From the human T2T-CHM13v2.0 reference genome, Homo sapiens: a stretch of 64,000 nt of DNA. Positions 45,163 through 61,776 of this stretch are shown piece by piece. Within the stretch, counting starts at the first letter, position 1, and each line of letters opens with the position of its first letter. The DNA is taken from assembly GCF_009914755.1 (NCBI RefSeq), contig NC_060927.1; one strand, given 5' to 3'. The position numbers and the translations under genes are program-made. The notes beneath the pieces were generated by a model. The model made no database searches, was not told where the DNA came from, and saw only the letters and a program-made list of their open reading frames with translations.

Positions 45163-46246
45163 AGAGGCATTTTTATATATAAAGTTATTTTCTCTCTTGC
45201 CACTCAAAGACTAGAGAAAAACAGGTGGTCGTTTCTTCCCTTCCTCTGCTTTTTTTTGTTTTAACTTAATTCTGTTTCATTTTTCACAATTTTAATAATC
45301 TCTATCTCATTTTCCCCTGTGTAGAAATAGCTTCTAAGAATCAGTACAAGGAGACCATTTCTCATTGTTAGAGAAATCCAGAATTGAAATAGGCAGTGAC
45401 CAAAATTCCCCGTAAGACATTTCTGGCATTGGGCTGGGTGAAGGTCAAGCAGGATTATTCTAAGAGGCATTCCTGCCATAGCCAGGGGCCATCCATGGTC
45501 CTCTCCAACTGTCCTGGGATTTGAGGAATTGCTCAGCTGTAAAATGGAGATGGCTTTGAGGATTAAAGGTAATATATATTGGCACCTGTAGTATGTACTT
45601 TTTGGCCTCCACCCTGGAGTAGAGTAGGTATTACCTATGTGGCTCTTCATTATATGCCACCTCACTACACTGTTCATATAAACATCTTGTTTTATAACAT
45701 GCATGTGTGTGTCTGGGCATGTGTCTCATTTCCCCGGCTAAGTGTAGAATCCTTGAAGACAAGGATTATTGCTTATAATTCCTTGTTTCTCCTGCAGCGT
45801 GCCAGTGTGTCTTGTTTTGTGGAGATTTGGTGCATGTTTTTCAAGTGGACAAGTGGATACACGGATAAATTAACTCAAGCCAGAGTCTGTCCTTGGGAAT
45901 TTACTAAGGGGAGTCCTGCCATGAAATTCAGATAAATTAGTGGGTGATTTGCAAAAGGTTTCACTGTTGGATCCCTTTAAATAACAAGCTCCCCTGGTGA
46001 ACTTAAGATATAATTAAATTCCTAAAATTACATTTTCATGTCTATTTTTAAGAATGTCTGTACAGGATAAAGCAAAATATACGTGCCTGCAGAATTCAGC
46101 TTTTGTCATTAGAAGAATGGAAGGCACTGTAGGACCTCAAATTTAATGTTAATATTGTTGTGTTATTTGCCTCTCTCCTAAAGCCTCCTCCAAAATCTCT
46201 TAAGGGAATCATTTCCTTAGAGACATTCTCTTCCTAATAGAGACCT

Positions 46247-46574
46247 CCTTCTTCTTCTTCTTTTTTTTTTTCTTTTGAGATGGAGTCTTACCCTGTTGCC
46301 CAGATCTCAGCTCACTGCAACCTCTGCCTGTCGCCCTGATCTCAGCTCACTGCAACCTCCGCCTCCTGGGTTCAAGCTATTCTCCTGCCTGCACCTCCTG
46401 AGTGTCTGGGATTACAGGCATGTGCCACCACGCCCGACTAATTTTTGTATTTTTAGTAGAGTTGGGGTTTCGCCCTGTTAGCAAGGCTGGTCTCGAACTC
46501 CTGACCTCAAGTGATCTGCCTGTCTTGGCCTCCCAAAGTGCTGGGGTTACAGGCATGAGCCACTGCGCCCAGCC
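46247..46574 (-). mobile_element. Alu (S-type) with a deletion plus 35-bp tandem duplication
   Basis: Units at 46292-46326 and 46327-46361. TSD CTAATAGAGACCT. Confidence 0.9.
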
Positions 46575-49320
46575 CTAATAGAGACCTTCTGATCGGAAGG
46601 AACCACACCACTGAGGAGGAATCAGCCTTGAGAGTCTTCCTCCATGTCTCAGCTCAAAGGCTCCCTGTGCCTTGGTGCTTAGCCTGACCCATTTCTGCCT
46701 AAACTCCTCAGTCTCCCCTTTATTTATTTTTAAAATTAATGTTTATCTTTTCTACATATCCCTATTAATCTTACAGTTTTAAAGTAGAAGTTCTTTACTT
46801 ATTTGTTTACCACACTTACTAATTGTCTACTGTGTGCCAGGTGTTGTGCTAAATGTGAAGGGCCAGAGAAGCTGCCCATAAAATTGCTGTTGCCAGATTC
46901 CAGTCTTCAAAGACAGGCAGGTGTTTGCCAGGACACACATAGGCCTTGAGCCTGGAGGGCTCTGGCAGTGATTAGAGAACCAGAAGCAGCTCAGAAGCTC
47001 TAGAGCATGTGGTCGGGTGGAGAAAGTTAAGGGCTTAATGAAGAGGATTGGAGTTAGACTATGGACAGCCTTATGATATTATTCTACTAGTGACATAGAA
47101 CTTCTTTCTAAGGATGATAGGGAGTAATTAAAGAGCTTCACCTGGAATTGGACTACAGTTGGTTTTATGTTTAAGACCACTGGTTGTAGGGTTAAGGACT
47201 GGGCAGTGGGAGGAAGAGGGCAGGATGAAAAATGATGGGGCTGTATCACTGGGGATTTGAGAATGAAAAGAAAAGAGCTCATGGGAATTCATTATCGTTT
47301 GTACAAGGAGGAGAAGGCAAAATGAATTGTTGTCCCCAAGATGATTGAAGATGGCATTGCATTTGTTTTGAAATAAGTAAATGAGGAGTGGTGGGTTGGT
47401 TGAAAAGATGAAGAATTTTGACTAGAACCTATTAAGATGTGTTATAGTGTTTTGTCTGCATTTCTTATGCCCTTTAGAGTTCATGCTCTTTGAACAGAAC
47501 CTTTGTCTGTAATTAGTCATTGTATTTCCCTGTTGCTACCTAAATGTTTTTGGATAGGAGGGCTTCAAGATAGAGAACAAATTGTAGAATAAACTGTTTC
47601 TTCCTACAGATACTATTTTTCTTTTATAGTTCATGTGTGGTTCCAAGGGTAGATGGTGTAAGAAAAAACACATATGGTCACACACTAATCAGAACTTTAT
47701 GTACAAAGGAGAAAAATGTGTTGCCATATGCTTAAGGTACCTGGAGAATTTTTCAATACTTGGCCAAGTTTGGGAATTGCCTCTCCAGTGTTTGAAAGAC
47801 GTTGTTCTCTCTACTTAGAGTTCTTTTCTTATTTTTTTTAAACTTTCATCCTTGGCACCTGAGTTCTAAAGTTTCTTGGCATTTTCTCTGTGGAGGTGGT
47901 TTCACAAGTGATTGTAAAGTTAATGGATGCTAATGCATTAATATATTATCAGAGGACATGAATACATTCCTTAGGGGCCTTGTGACCATTGGAAAAGTCT
48001 AGCAGTAAGATGAAATACTGTTTAGTGCTGTGTTGTTATCAAGTGGTACATATCAGTGGTAACAAGATTTCAATTGTTGCTGTGATGGGGTATTTAAAAC
48101 ATGGGTAAATGGAATACTGAGAGTTTGGGTTTTAAAGTGACTCTGAAGGTAGTGGGGTGATGGATCCTTTTTGGAGGAGGGCTTTTTGGCAATATCTGTG
48201 AAAATGTTAAATACTGCTCATCTTTCATCCAGCACTTCTGCTTCTCAGAATTTCTCTTTCTGAAACACGTGTGCATGTCTCCAAAGTAGCATTGTGTTTA
48301 ACAGCCTAAGTGACCAAAATAGGGACTTGGGTAATTATAATACATGCTTACAATGAAATGCTTACCTGAACATCCACCAAAATGGAGGAGGTTGAACTAC
48401 AGGATGTATTAAAATAATATGGGTAATATGGTCCCATTAATGAATAAAGCTGAAGAATCCAGAGACTACACCCAAAAGTTAATTGCGGTTATCATTGAGA
48501 AATGAGGGATACTACCTTTTAATACTTACATTTCTATAATATTTTAATATTTTATAGAAGCATATCTAGAATATTTCAATTTCTTCTACCAGTAGATTCA
48601 TAATTTTTTTTAATGACCTTTTTATTTTAGAGTAGATGGCTAAATGGTATCAAATTCAGGCAGTTTTCTTTGTAACAATTTTGAGGGGGAGAAAAAGAAA
48701 AAAACCTAAAAGGGAAGCCAGAAGGAAAGCAAAAACCTTTTTGTCTCTTTAATTGGCTGTATCTAAATTTTTTAGGTGAAACATTGTCAGTGGCATTTCA
48801 ATTTTTTATAAAATGCTGATATGAACCTTGCAGAAATTAATGAACTGATATTGACTTAGTTTGAAATGAACATCAAGATTTATTGAGCAAAGCAGTAAAT
48901 ATTGACCCAGCCAAAGATAAGGTCAATATTTACTTTGACATAGCATAAATCCTAATATTCATTAATGTATAAATTTATTGTGTCAACACAAGGCATACAG
49001 AAGTTGTATATAAATATTTTTTTCATATCTGCGATGAATCAGAGTCAAACATCTTTTTTCTTGGTTATAAATTTAAAAGGACAATGTTCTCTTCTTTGAA
49101 ACTACCTTCTTTGGGGAGAGGGGTGTGCGCGTGGGTGGAAGGACATGATTAATTTAAAGGTTCAAAGGAAAAATATACCTAGCTGAATACATGTGTTATA
49201 ATTAGAGCACAGTGATTTGCATGTGCTCTGTGATTTACTTAAGGGCTACCAGTTTTCCTTTCTAACCTAACAAAACGTTCTCTTTCATTACATCTGATTT
49301 GATTCATAAAGCCCACCCAC

Positions 49321-49550
49321 TTCTTTTTTCTTTCTTTTTTTCCATTTTTTGAGACAAGGTCTCACTCTGTCACCCAGGCTGAAGTGCCTGGTACTGACTA
49401 TAGGCGCACACCACCACACCTGGCTAATTTTTTAGAGTTGAGATTTCACCTTGTTGGCCAGGCCGATCTCAAACTCCTGGGCTCAAGCAGTATTCCCGAT
49501 TTAGCCTCTCAAAGTGCTGGGATTACAGGCATGAGTCAGGGTACCCACCT
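49321..49550 (-). mobile_element. Internally deleted Alu (J-type)
   Basis: CAGGCTGAAGTGC joins GACTATAGGCGCAC, so most of the right arm is missing. Confidence 0.85.
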
Positions 49551-49715
49551 AAAACCCACCTTCTGATGATATAAAACGGGGACTTTCTGTCTTTCCCTCT
49601 GGATATTGTTAAACTACTTACGTAGAATTTTGTTTGGTAAATAACATATTGTTGGTGTATATCATACTTTATAATACTTTATTGGCTGAAATTTCCCATG
49701 TTGAAATTATCTTAG

Positions 49716-49997
<282 letters not shown>

Positions 49998-50608
49998 TCA
50001 TGTTGAAATTATCAATTTGAGTTGAACTCTCATTCTTTATCTTGTGCCTTCTCTTGGTGGGGTGGTCTTGGTAGCAGTAAGAAGAACGTAAGGAGGACCC
50101 ATTTCACTGGATTGTGAACTTTTAGAATTGCCAATATGTAGTTGGAATAAGTGTCTAATATATGCTTAAAGACTGAATTTTCTCGCTGTTCATTTAAGCG
50201 AAGAAAGTAACTCAGTCACAAGCTTAAGTATAATCTTGTCCCTATGCAATAGTCTTATATGATCCTGTTGTGCTCAGTCCACCTGGCATGTTCTTTGAGT
50301 GTAAAGTGGTGGTGTTAGTTTCAGTGTTTGGCTGATCTTGAAATGACCATCACTTCTCTCTCTCAGCTGGTAATCTCCTATGACCCTGTTTGAGATCAGC
50401 TACCTTAAGGGTGGTTATCTTCTTGGTTGTCTTTCTTGCTATTAAAACTTAACTGTCCTATGTTTCGTTTACTTTAAGGCCCATTTTCTGTTATGTAACT
50501 GATAACTTGTGTAGGTTAAAAACTTATCAGTGGTGTGTATATAACATAGAACTTTGCCTTCTTGAGAAATGCTTTCTAATAACTTCAGGAATTCTCACTT
50601 TTCATTCA

Positions 50609-50935
<327 letters not shown>

Positions 50936-51859
50936 AATACTAACAATGTATTCCTTGAGTGTAGTATTCATTGGGATTTTTATGTCATGTGAAAAATGAC
51001 TCTATGACTCTCCTGTGATACAAATATTTGACTTTCACATAATAAAGTCATTTCTTCTTGAGGTTTTTTTTTTTTAAATCAAGGAGAAAGTGAGTTTTGT
51101 ACTAATAGGTCTTTAACATCTCTCTGTCACTTGCTCATACCTCTTTTTATCAAGAAGAGATAGGACTGACCTCAGTCTGCTGGGAGAGTATCTTAGAATT
51201 TGATCTCGTGGATTTCATTATACCCTGGTACCCTTCATGTCTGGCAAGCCATGTTAGTTTTCCGTTTTGATGTGTTACATTTCCTATTAAGTCATATTTG
51301 AGATTTTATAAAAAGTGGGCCAGTTTAAAGAAAAATTTTATCTAAGCAGTAGTACAGCTGGCTTTCCAATATGGCAAAATAAGTCTTTCTGTAGGAGATA
51401 TCACCATTTTGGCAGGATTGAAAAGCCTCTTGTTTTGTGCCATATAATCAAACTATATCTGTGATTTGAAAAATGACAAAGGGTATAATAATTCCTAGAA
51501 TTGGTTTTAAAATGAAGGAAAATAGTATCCTAGTTCAAAAGTTATGGCTCATTGTAAGTGCTGGTCTGGTATAACCATACAGATTGTTTAAAATCTTTAA
51601 ATAAATACTTGGCCCAATCCCTTTTGTTCCCCCTTTCTCGCTGCCCTGGAAACTCCTTCTCTTATTTTGGGACCTTTTAAAAATCCTACCTTAGACCTGT
51701 AAACCCACTCTGTACCATCTGCTGTGACTGATTATTATCTCTGATTTGTTAAATGATTTAAGTTTCATTTCTGCTTATCATGACTTGGAGGGAATTTCAG
51801 AGTGATAGGCCTGACTTGGTAGGGTTTTGGGATATGTATTATACTCTGCAACCCATTCC

Positions 51860-53063
<1,204 letters not shown>

Positions 53064-53606
53064 TTAAAGCTGCATGAAATTTTGCTGCTCCCAAAGGCAT
53101 CATTTAGTAGCTCTGCCCCAATTATTGTTGGCCACTTTTCCTCCTGGAAACTGTTTTTCTCTGTCCCACCCTTCCCCCTAGTTCCAAATGTTAGGCTGAT
53201 GTTCTTCTTTTTAGCAGAGTGTGCATGCCATTAGTACACTGAGTATTGATTGGTCATTGAGAGATTTTAGCAGGAAAATGAAATATGAAGCTCTTCTTGG
53301 CTGTTGGACTAGCACCTGCAAAGATGAGCGAAGGCATTTTTAGTGTGTTTCTGGCTCTGGGGCTCACTGTGATAATGGGAGGTATTTTCTTCTCGCTGTT
53401 GATAAGTACATGGTCCACACTCTCCTCTTGGGGAGTGATTTTGACACTTTTTGATGGTCCTATGGCTTTTACATTCTTATACCATTTCCTAATGAGTTAT
53501 CTTTTCTCTCACCATCTACTAGGGTGTGAAAAGGGAGTTTCAACACTCAAGGCCAATTGAGCTGCATACCTGCTGTGCCAGAAAGAACTAGTTAAGATTT
53601 GCTTCT

Positions 53607-53943
<337 letters not shown>

Positions 53944-54418
53944 TCATTTCCAGGAGTATGAATGAGTATAAGGATTTGTTTTTGGATCAGTTTTAGCCTC
54001 TAGAAAAGACCCCCTTACTCTCCTGGCCTAAGCGTAAGGGCAGTTTATCGCCTTACATAGCACACCTAGGGTAGGACACCTCTGGGCAGCACCTTTGTAC
54101 CCTGCCATCTTTAAGGTACACCCCATGTTGTTTAGGCTTTGCCATCCTTAGTGGGTAGGCTTGGTCCTTAGAATCACTTTCCCTGTGTTCTTAACATGGC
54201 TTCCAGAATTCTAGATGTCAAACACTGAGTACAAAGTTCAGAGGAGAAAGGGAACGTGTCCCTTTCTTATGTCTCTGTTGAAGAGCATGTAACATGTTCT
54301 TCAAAGCATCCCACCCCTGGTGAATCAGCCTTCATATTTTGTTGTCCAGACTTGGATCGTGTTCTCATGCTTAAACCAATTATTGGCAACAGGAATGGGA
54401 TTAGCACTGCTGCCTTAG

Positions 54419-54948
<530 letters not shown>

Positions 54949-55124
54949 TAAAGGCTAACAACCCCATGGCACTTAATAAAGGAAAATGTTCTAGGAAAGA
55001 AATGTGTTTACTTTTGAAGTGAAAATTTGATTTCAAAAGCCTGACATCACTGCAAATAAAATAATAAAGCTCCATGAATTTGGAGTCCTTTATGGTATTC
55101 CTAGCTTCCCTGTACTCTTCTATA

Positions 55125-55313
55125 GTTACTAGTTACATTTGGCTATTTAAATTTAAATTAATTAAAATGAAATAAAATTTAAGATTCAGTTTCTCAGTCA
55201 CACTAGCCAAATTTCAAGTTGTCAGGAGCCACACATAGCTACTGACTACCCTTTTGTATTGCACAGATATGAAACATTTCCATCCTTGTAGGAAGCTCTA
55301 TGTGACAGTGGTG
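55125..55313. mobile_element. MER3-like hAT-Charlie MITE
   Basis: GGCTATTTAAATTTAAATTAATTAAAAT...TTCAGTTTCTCAGTCACACTAGCCA.ATTTCAAG...AACATTTCCATC. Confidence 0.7.
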
Positions 55314-55589
55314 TTCAGAGGATATAGGCATTATAGAGGAACCAGCAGGTAACATATTATTGAGTACTGAAGATGTGGGTATAAGACCTTTCTGAAAAGC
55401 TTGCATAGTGCCCCAGTTGTACAAGCTTCTAAAATTCAGGTAGACCTCCCTGTTCCTTTTGGAGGTCTTGAGAAGTTGACCTAGGGTATATTTTCTGAGC
55501 CTTGTTTTTACCAAGGTTCTGAATCTTTGGAGAAATACAGTGAGTGGAGCGTAGAAGTGAGGAGGCATGAGGGCATCCTCATACCAGTC

Positions 55590-55960
55590 TTCATTCATTG
55601 AGTCATTCAGTAAAAGTGTTTATCAAGCACAAGCCAGGTGGCAAACTCAGTTCGAGATTAGGGCTAACTACAACAGAGAACAAAACATACACAGTTCTAT
55701 TCCTACCTGGTGGAGGTGGACAGAGCAGCATATACAAAGTAACATGTAGTATCATCACATCATTCTGTGAAATAAAGTGTAAAGTGAGGTGGTGCCTAGA
55801 GAGGGATTTAGGGGAGAGAGTTGTTATTTTAGCCTGGGAAGACCTCTCTGATCAGGTGATACTTGAGCAGACATCTGAACACAGAGGGACTGAGCCTTGT
55901 GGGTATGTGAGGTAAGCATTGCAGGTAGAGGGAAGCGGGGGAGATAATAGCACTTGGAAA
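55590..55960. mobile_element. L2 3' fragment
   Basis: TTCATTCATT..CATTCAG start and GGAAGACCTCTCTGA..AGGTGATACTTGAGCAGA.ATCTGAA. Confidence 0.6.
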
Positions 55961-56068
55961 GGTTCAATGTTATACCTTAAACTACTCTGTGAATTTTAAT
56001 TAGGCCTCCTTCTAGAACCTTCTGGCCCTGTATTCTTGCTTAGGATAAATTTTGCATTGTTCTAGAGA

Positions 56069-56288
56069 AGTAGTTCTCAAGTGGGGACTCTTTCCTTTTT
56101 GTGGAATATCTGACACAGTCTGCAGACATTTTTTGGTTGTGACAATTGGAGATGGTTGGGTGGCCAACTGGCATTTAGTGGGTAGAGGAACAAGATGCTG
56201 TTGAACATCCTACAATGTACAGAACAGCCCCCACAATAAAGAATTATCTGGACCCAAATGCCAATAGTGCCAAGATTGACGAACCCTA
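56069..56288. mobile_element. MER20 (hAT-Charlie)
   Basis: AGACATTTTTTGGTTGTGACAA..TGGCATTTAGTGGGTAGAGG..GATGCTG..AACATCCTACAATG..CAGCCCCCACAATAAAGAATTATCTGG..CAAATGCCAATAGTGCCAAG. Confidence 0.85.
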
Positions 56289-57881
56289 AACTGAAGGCTC
56301 ACCAGAATCCATCGTTTTTACACAGTTGGTCTCCATGCTGCTGTGAGGTTCTACCTTTCTAGCCAGTCCTTAATTGAATGAGTACGTGGCACAAACACAG
56401 CAAGGTGTGTTGTGCACAGTGGCTAAGGTATTAGAGAATAAAGTGAGTGTCATGGTGTTCAATCATCTTTGGAGATTAAAGAGTAGAAATGGAAAGCTTG
56501 GCAAGTTGACGATTTCAGAAATCTGTGCATGAAATCATAAAGGAATGAATCACACTTCTGGTCGTGGTGAAAAGCCTACCTCGTAATGTCACATGGAGGT
56601 GATGAATGTTGATTGTGCTGCAGTAAAGAGGTGGTGAGATTGCTTTTATTATTATTGTTTTATTTTTGAGGTCTCTTGTGACTATGCCATTTGTCAACTC
56701 TTTGATCTAAGAGGCCGGTAGGAAATAATATTCATCTTAGTATTGCTAACCATGAAGGACCCTAAAGGATCAGCTGGCCAAGCCCCTACAGCACCCTGAG
56801 AAAATTTATAGTTACCCAGTTGTGAACCTTGACATGTCACTTCAGGGCTGGCAGGGAATAGCAGTTTCTTAAATGATCACTTTTCACTAAAGGAGTGGAA
56901 AGGAAACCAGAGCTGTGAATGGTGATTGACAGGCTACCGTGATCCAGCTTTTTGTCAAGTGTCAGCACCTTAATATTTGATAAGGGTTACATAAATGTAG
57001 TAGTAATGGCCACAGATATCTTCCAGAATAGATTTCTCACTTTTTTGTATAAATTAAGCAAAGCTACCTTGTGATGGGGTATAAATGCATGTATATTTAT
57101 CTACACGTGTTATGGTGGCCTGAATTTTCCACAGAGCAGATGGCTGTTTGTACTCATTTGTTCCCAAACCCTCTTGTAGATATTTGAGTATAAAGATAGA
57201 TTCATGTGGTCACCGCTTCTATGGAGCTCAAAGGCTCTCTTTCTCTTTTCTCTATTGAAACCCAATTTTTATTAGCATTGAAGGCCACTGACGTTGTAGG
57301 TTAAACATAAAAACGTCTAATATATCTATCTCAATACTCCTATTGCAGGTCTACGAGGAGTTTGAAAAGGTGTAAGATTATTTATACATCAGAGTGGCTC
57401 AGAAATACTTTTTCTTTAAATTGGAATGATAATATCATACCAAAAGTATTGATATATCCATTTAAATTGTGAGCTGTGAATGTTATTCCATCTTCCTTCA
57501 TTCCTATACAGTTTCGAGCTCAAATTGGAGAAGGTCATGTGAAAACCACTTTTCTCCCCAAAGAAATGTTGGCATTATTTTAACATCTTTTTCCTACCCT
57601 GGATTCTTTCTCACATCCCAGACTAATTCCAAAAGAGTTTCTTCAGTCACTGCTGTTGACAAGAGACTTTATTTTTGGAGATAATTTTTTCTTGTTAAGT
57701 TTTCTTTCTTAGATTTTGATTCTAACATCTCTAATTGATAATCACATTTTCCAGATTTCTATCTATATATTAAAGGAGTAGATCTGGAATTTCAGCTCTC
57801 TTTAGTAGACTGCATTATAGAAAGGAAACTTTGTTCGTATCACACATGTATTATTTAACACCATTATTAATGTTAAAAAAA

Positions 57882-58190
<309 letters not shown>

Positions 58191-58212
58191 TGATTATTAA
58201 ACATGTTACTTA

Positions 58213-58576
<364 letters not shown>

Positions 58577-58960
58577 TTAAAAAAGGCATACCATTTTCTT
58601 TTACTCTCATTTTGTTTTTGCTTATTCTAGTACATGATGATTTCCTTGTAGTAAATAGTTTTTTCTAATTTTCCCCATGTAGACAAATCCAAAATGCATA
58701 CATGCTCATTTAAATAATTTGTCCACTGGTAACCTCAGCTGAGCGCTGCCCTTGGCAGAATATGTTTTACAGGATATTAAATGTGTTTAAAATATTCTTT
58801 CATATTACTTGGTTGGCATTTAGATGTCTTAAGTTGTTTTAATAAATTAGGGAAAGCTAGAATATAAAAGGTAGAAAATATATACATTTTCAGTGTTCCA
58901 AGACACTTTGGTGGACTATAGAATGCTTTAAATGCAAGTTAAGATGAATATTTTATATTT

Positions 58961-59268
58961 GGCTGGGCATAATGGCTCATGCCTATAATCTCAGCACTTT
59001 GGGAAGCCGAGGTGGGAGGATCGCTTGAGCCCAGGAGTTCAAGACCAGCCTAAGCAACATAGTGGGATCCCGTTTGTACCAAAGGAAAAAAAAAATAGCT
59101 GGATATGGTGGCACACGCCTGTAGTTCCAACTACTGTGGAGGCTTACATAGGAGGATTGCTTGAGCCTGGGAGGTTGAGGCTACAGTGAGCTGTGATTGC
59201 ACCAGTGCACTCCAGCCTGGGTGACAGAAAGCAAGACCCTGTCTCAAAAAAAAAAAAAAAAAAAAAAA
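58961..59268 (+). mobile_element. Alu (J-type)
   Basis: Full sense dimer with long A tail. Confidence 0.9.
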
Positions 59269-60537
59269 TCTTGGTATTTAATTTTGATCTCTCACTACGG
59301 AACAGAATAGATTTATGCATTGGGAGGATAGGAAATATAATAATTAGAGATATATTAATTGATTTTAGATTTTTGTCTGTAAAATACTAGTCATAAATGC
59401 AGTTACTAGAATCCATGTTTATGGTCTTTGAATTTGATCAAGACAGAGAGTTATTCATCAAAAAGCCACTAGACCCACCATTTATCACAACTAATCGTGA
59501 ACTTAAATCTCTGTAACTCACAGGTATGATGTATGTCTTTTTTTTGGTAGGGATATTTACTACAGGAATTAATTTCAGACATTGGGAGACTTTTATAGCC
59601 ATTTAACTGTTAGCTACCTAGAGATTTAAATAATTTTCCTGGTTTCTCTGTGTTAGCCTCTGGGAGTAGAGTTTCTCTGCACAAAAAGAATGTCATCAGT
59701 ACAGAATTGTTGGAGTCTCTCTTTGCCAGCCTCAGTACTGAGTCTGTGTAGGAAGTCCCCGGCAAGTAGCTAAGTATGGGTTGTTGCTCGGAGAGCATTT
59801 TCTCAAAATCTGTGTCTGGAACATTAGTTGAGGAGGCTGTTCACAGGCTTTTTATGGCAGGAGGGTTCTGTGACCATGGAAGATTGGGAAAGGCCAAAGT
59901 AAAGATTGTCATACAGGTTTCTTTGCTGCAAGACTTCTCAGATCCTTTAATAGTCCACTCTTAATAGAATTGGAAACTTGTCCTTCACTGTGCACTTAGA
60001 CGTCCGATTAGAAAGTGAGGGAAAGAGGAAAATAGTTGTGTGGGGGAGGGTGTGTTTGCCCAGGGAAGAGGGGTATGGGGGAGGAGAAAGGTTGATTCTC
60101 CTGAGTTGGCTCAGTGTCTACTATCATAATGATTTCCCCACAGCTTTATGAGGGCTGTGCTGCTGTTGTGAGGTGTGGTCACAGGGAAATTTCAGTCTGA
60201 AAGATGAGTTCCACATGATTCACACACCTCCTATGAAGTAGTAAAAGGAAAAACTATGCCAATTTACATTAGAAGTATTTTCCTTTCTTCTTTATTTCTT
60301 GGAAATGGAGCATTTGTGTATGAAAGAGTTCCTTGGGGGATAAAATGCCATTTAGTTTAATGTGATGACAATATGTATTTAAGTCACCATATGAAAATAT
60401 TTACTAGAAACAATGACATTTGAATTTATGGACGTGAATTTTGCGTAATACCTTCCTTAAGAGGGTGATGATATATGGGAGTGTGGGATGGTTTTCTTTC
60501 ACTGAATTTGGGATTAATAGAATTGTCACCCACAAAT

Positions 60538-60846
60538 GTTTGTTTTTTTTGTTTTTGTTTCCATATAGGGTTTTACTCTGTCGCCCAGGCTGGAGTGCAG
60601 TATACTTTGGCCCAGTCATAGCCCACTAAAGCCTTGACCTCCTGGGCTCGTGATTGTTCCACCTCAGCTTCCTGAGTAGCTGAGACTACAGGTGTGTGCC
60701 ACCACGCCTGGCTAATTTGTTCTTTTTCATAGAGATGGAGTCTCACTGTGTTGCCCAGGCTGGCCTCGAATTCCTGGCCTTAAGCGATCCTCCCAGCTTA
60801 GCCTTGCAAAGTGGTGGGATTATAAATGTGTGACACCACACTTAGA
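60538..60846 (-). mobile_element. Alu (J-type)
   Basis: Antisense dimer with flanking CCCAC(T)AA..TG.TTTG duplication. Confidence 0.88.
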
Positions 60847-61732
60847 TGCCCACTAATGGTTTGGTGAAAGGATTAAACCCCCCAAGAACTGAATTTTCAG
60901 TAATAAGGAATTGAAGATTTTAGTCAAGCCAGAGCACACATGATTGAACTTCAGCAGTGAGGGTACCAAAGAATATTACATTTGGAAATTAAATTTTAAG
61001 AGAGAAGAGGAAAAAAACTGGGCGTAGAGAGTATGGGGAGAGAATAAAATATGGTGAATATGGTGATGTGATTCTTGAACTGTCCTTTTGTTTTTTTCTG
61101 ACTGTAAAGAGTAGCACATTCCCCAATTAGACAATCAGAAGTGTTTTCAGATGTTCCCACCTATCCCCTGGGGAGTCAGGGGCAGACTCCTTTTTGGTAG
61201 AGAACCCTCTGCTGTAGAACGTGCAAGAAATAATAATAAATAGTAATAGTATGGAAGAGTATAGAATTATTACATGGTAAAGGTGGCTGTGATTTTTGAC
61301 CTGATAAGCTTATTTAGCCAATTCCAGAAGTTTCCTTATTGCAAAGTGGGCGGATTTTAAGTGTTCCTTACCAATTGTTAAATGTGGTGAGATGGATTTT
61401 ATTTCCCTTGGATTCGTGCTATATCTGCCATGGAAAGCATGGGTGGTGTTGATTGTAGCTCAGATTGAAAATGACAGCCAGGAGTTGCTTAGTTAATGGG
61501 GTATATGTTGGTCCTCAATTTGTGCAATTCATTGTTTAATGTGAATGAATAATTTAGGGATGAATGATTGGGTTCATTTTTAGACACTGGCTACCTTAAC
61601 AGGATGATAGTTGACAGAGCTTCATGTTATATTTCCTCACGTGAAGAGCTAAAGTTGTTGCCCAGGTTAAGTCAAAACATTAGACAAGGTCATAATGTTA
61701 ATTATTTGAATATGTTAAACTGCTGAATATAC

Positions 61733-61776
61733 ATACGTTGGTGCAAAAGTAATTGCAATCTTTTGCACCAACTTAA
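61733..61776. mobile_element. Internally deleted MADE1 (Hsmar1 mariner MITE)
   Basis: GTTGGTGCAAAAG-TAATTGCAAT-CTTTTGCACCAAC carries both Hsmar1 TIR ends with the centre missing. Confidence 0.85.

Noticed and set aside
49204-49229. 8-bp inverted repeat around an octamer motif
   Set aside because: The stem is short enough to arise by chance.
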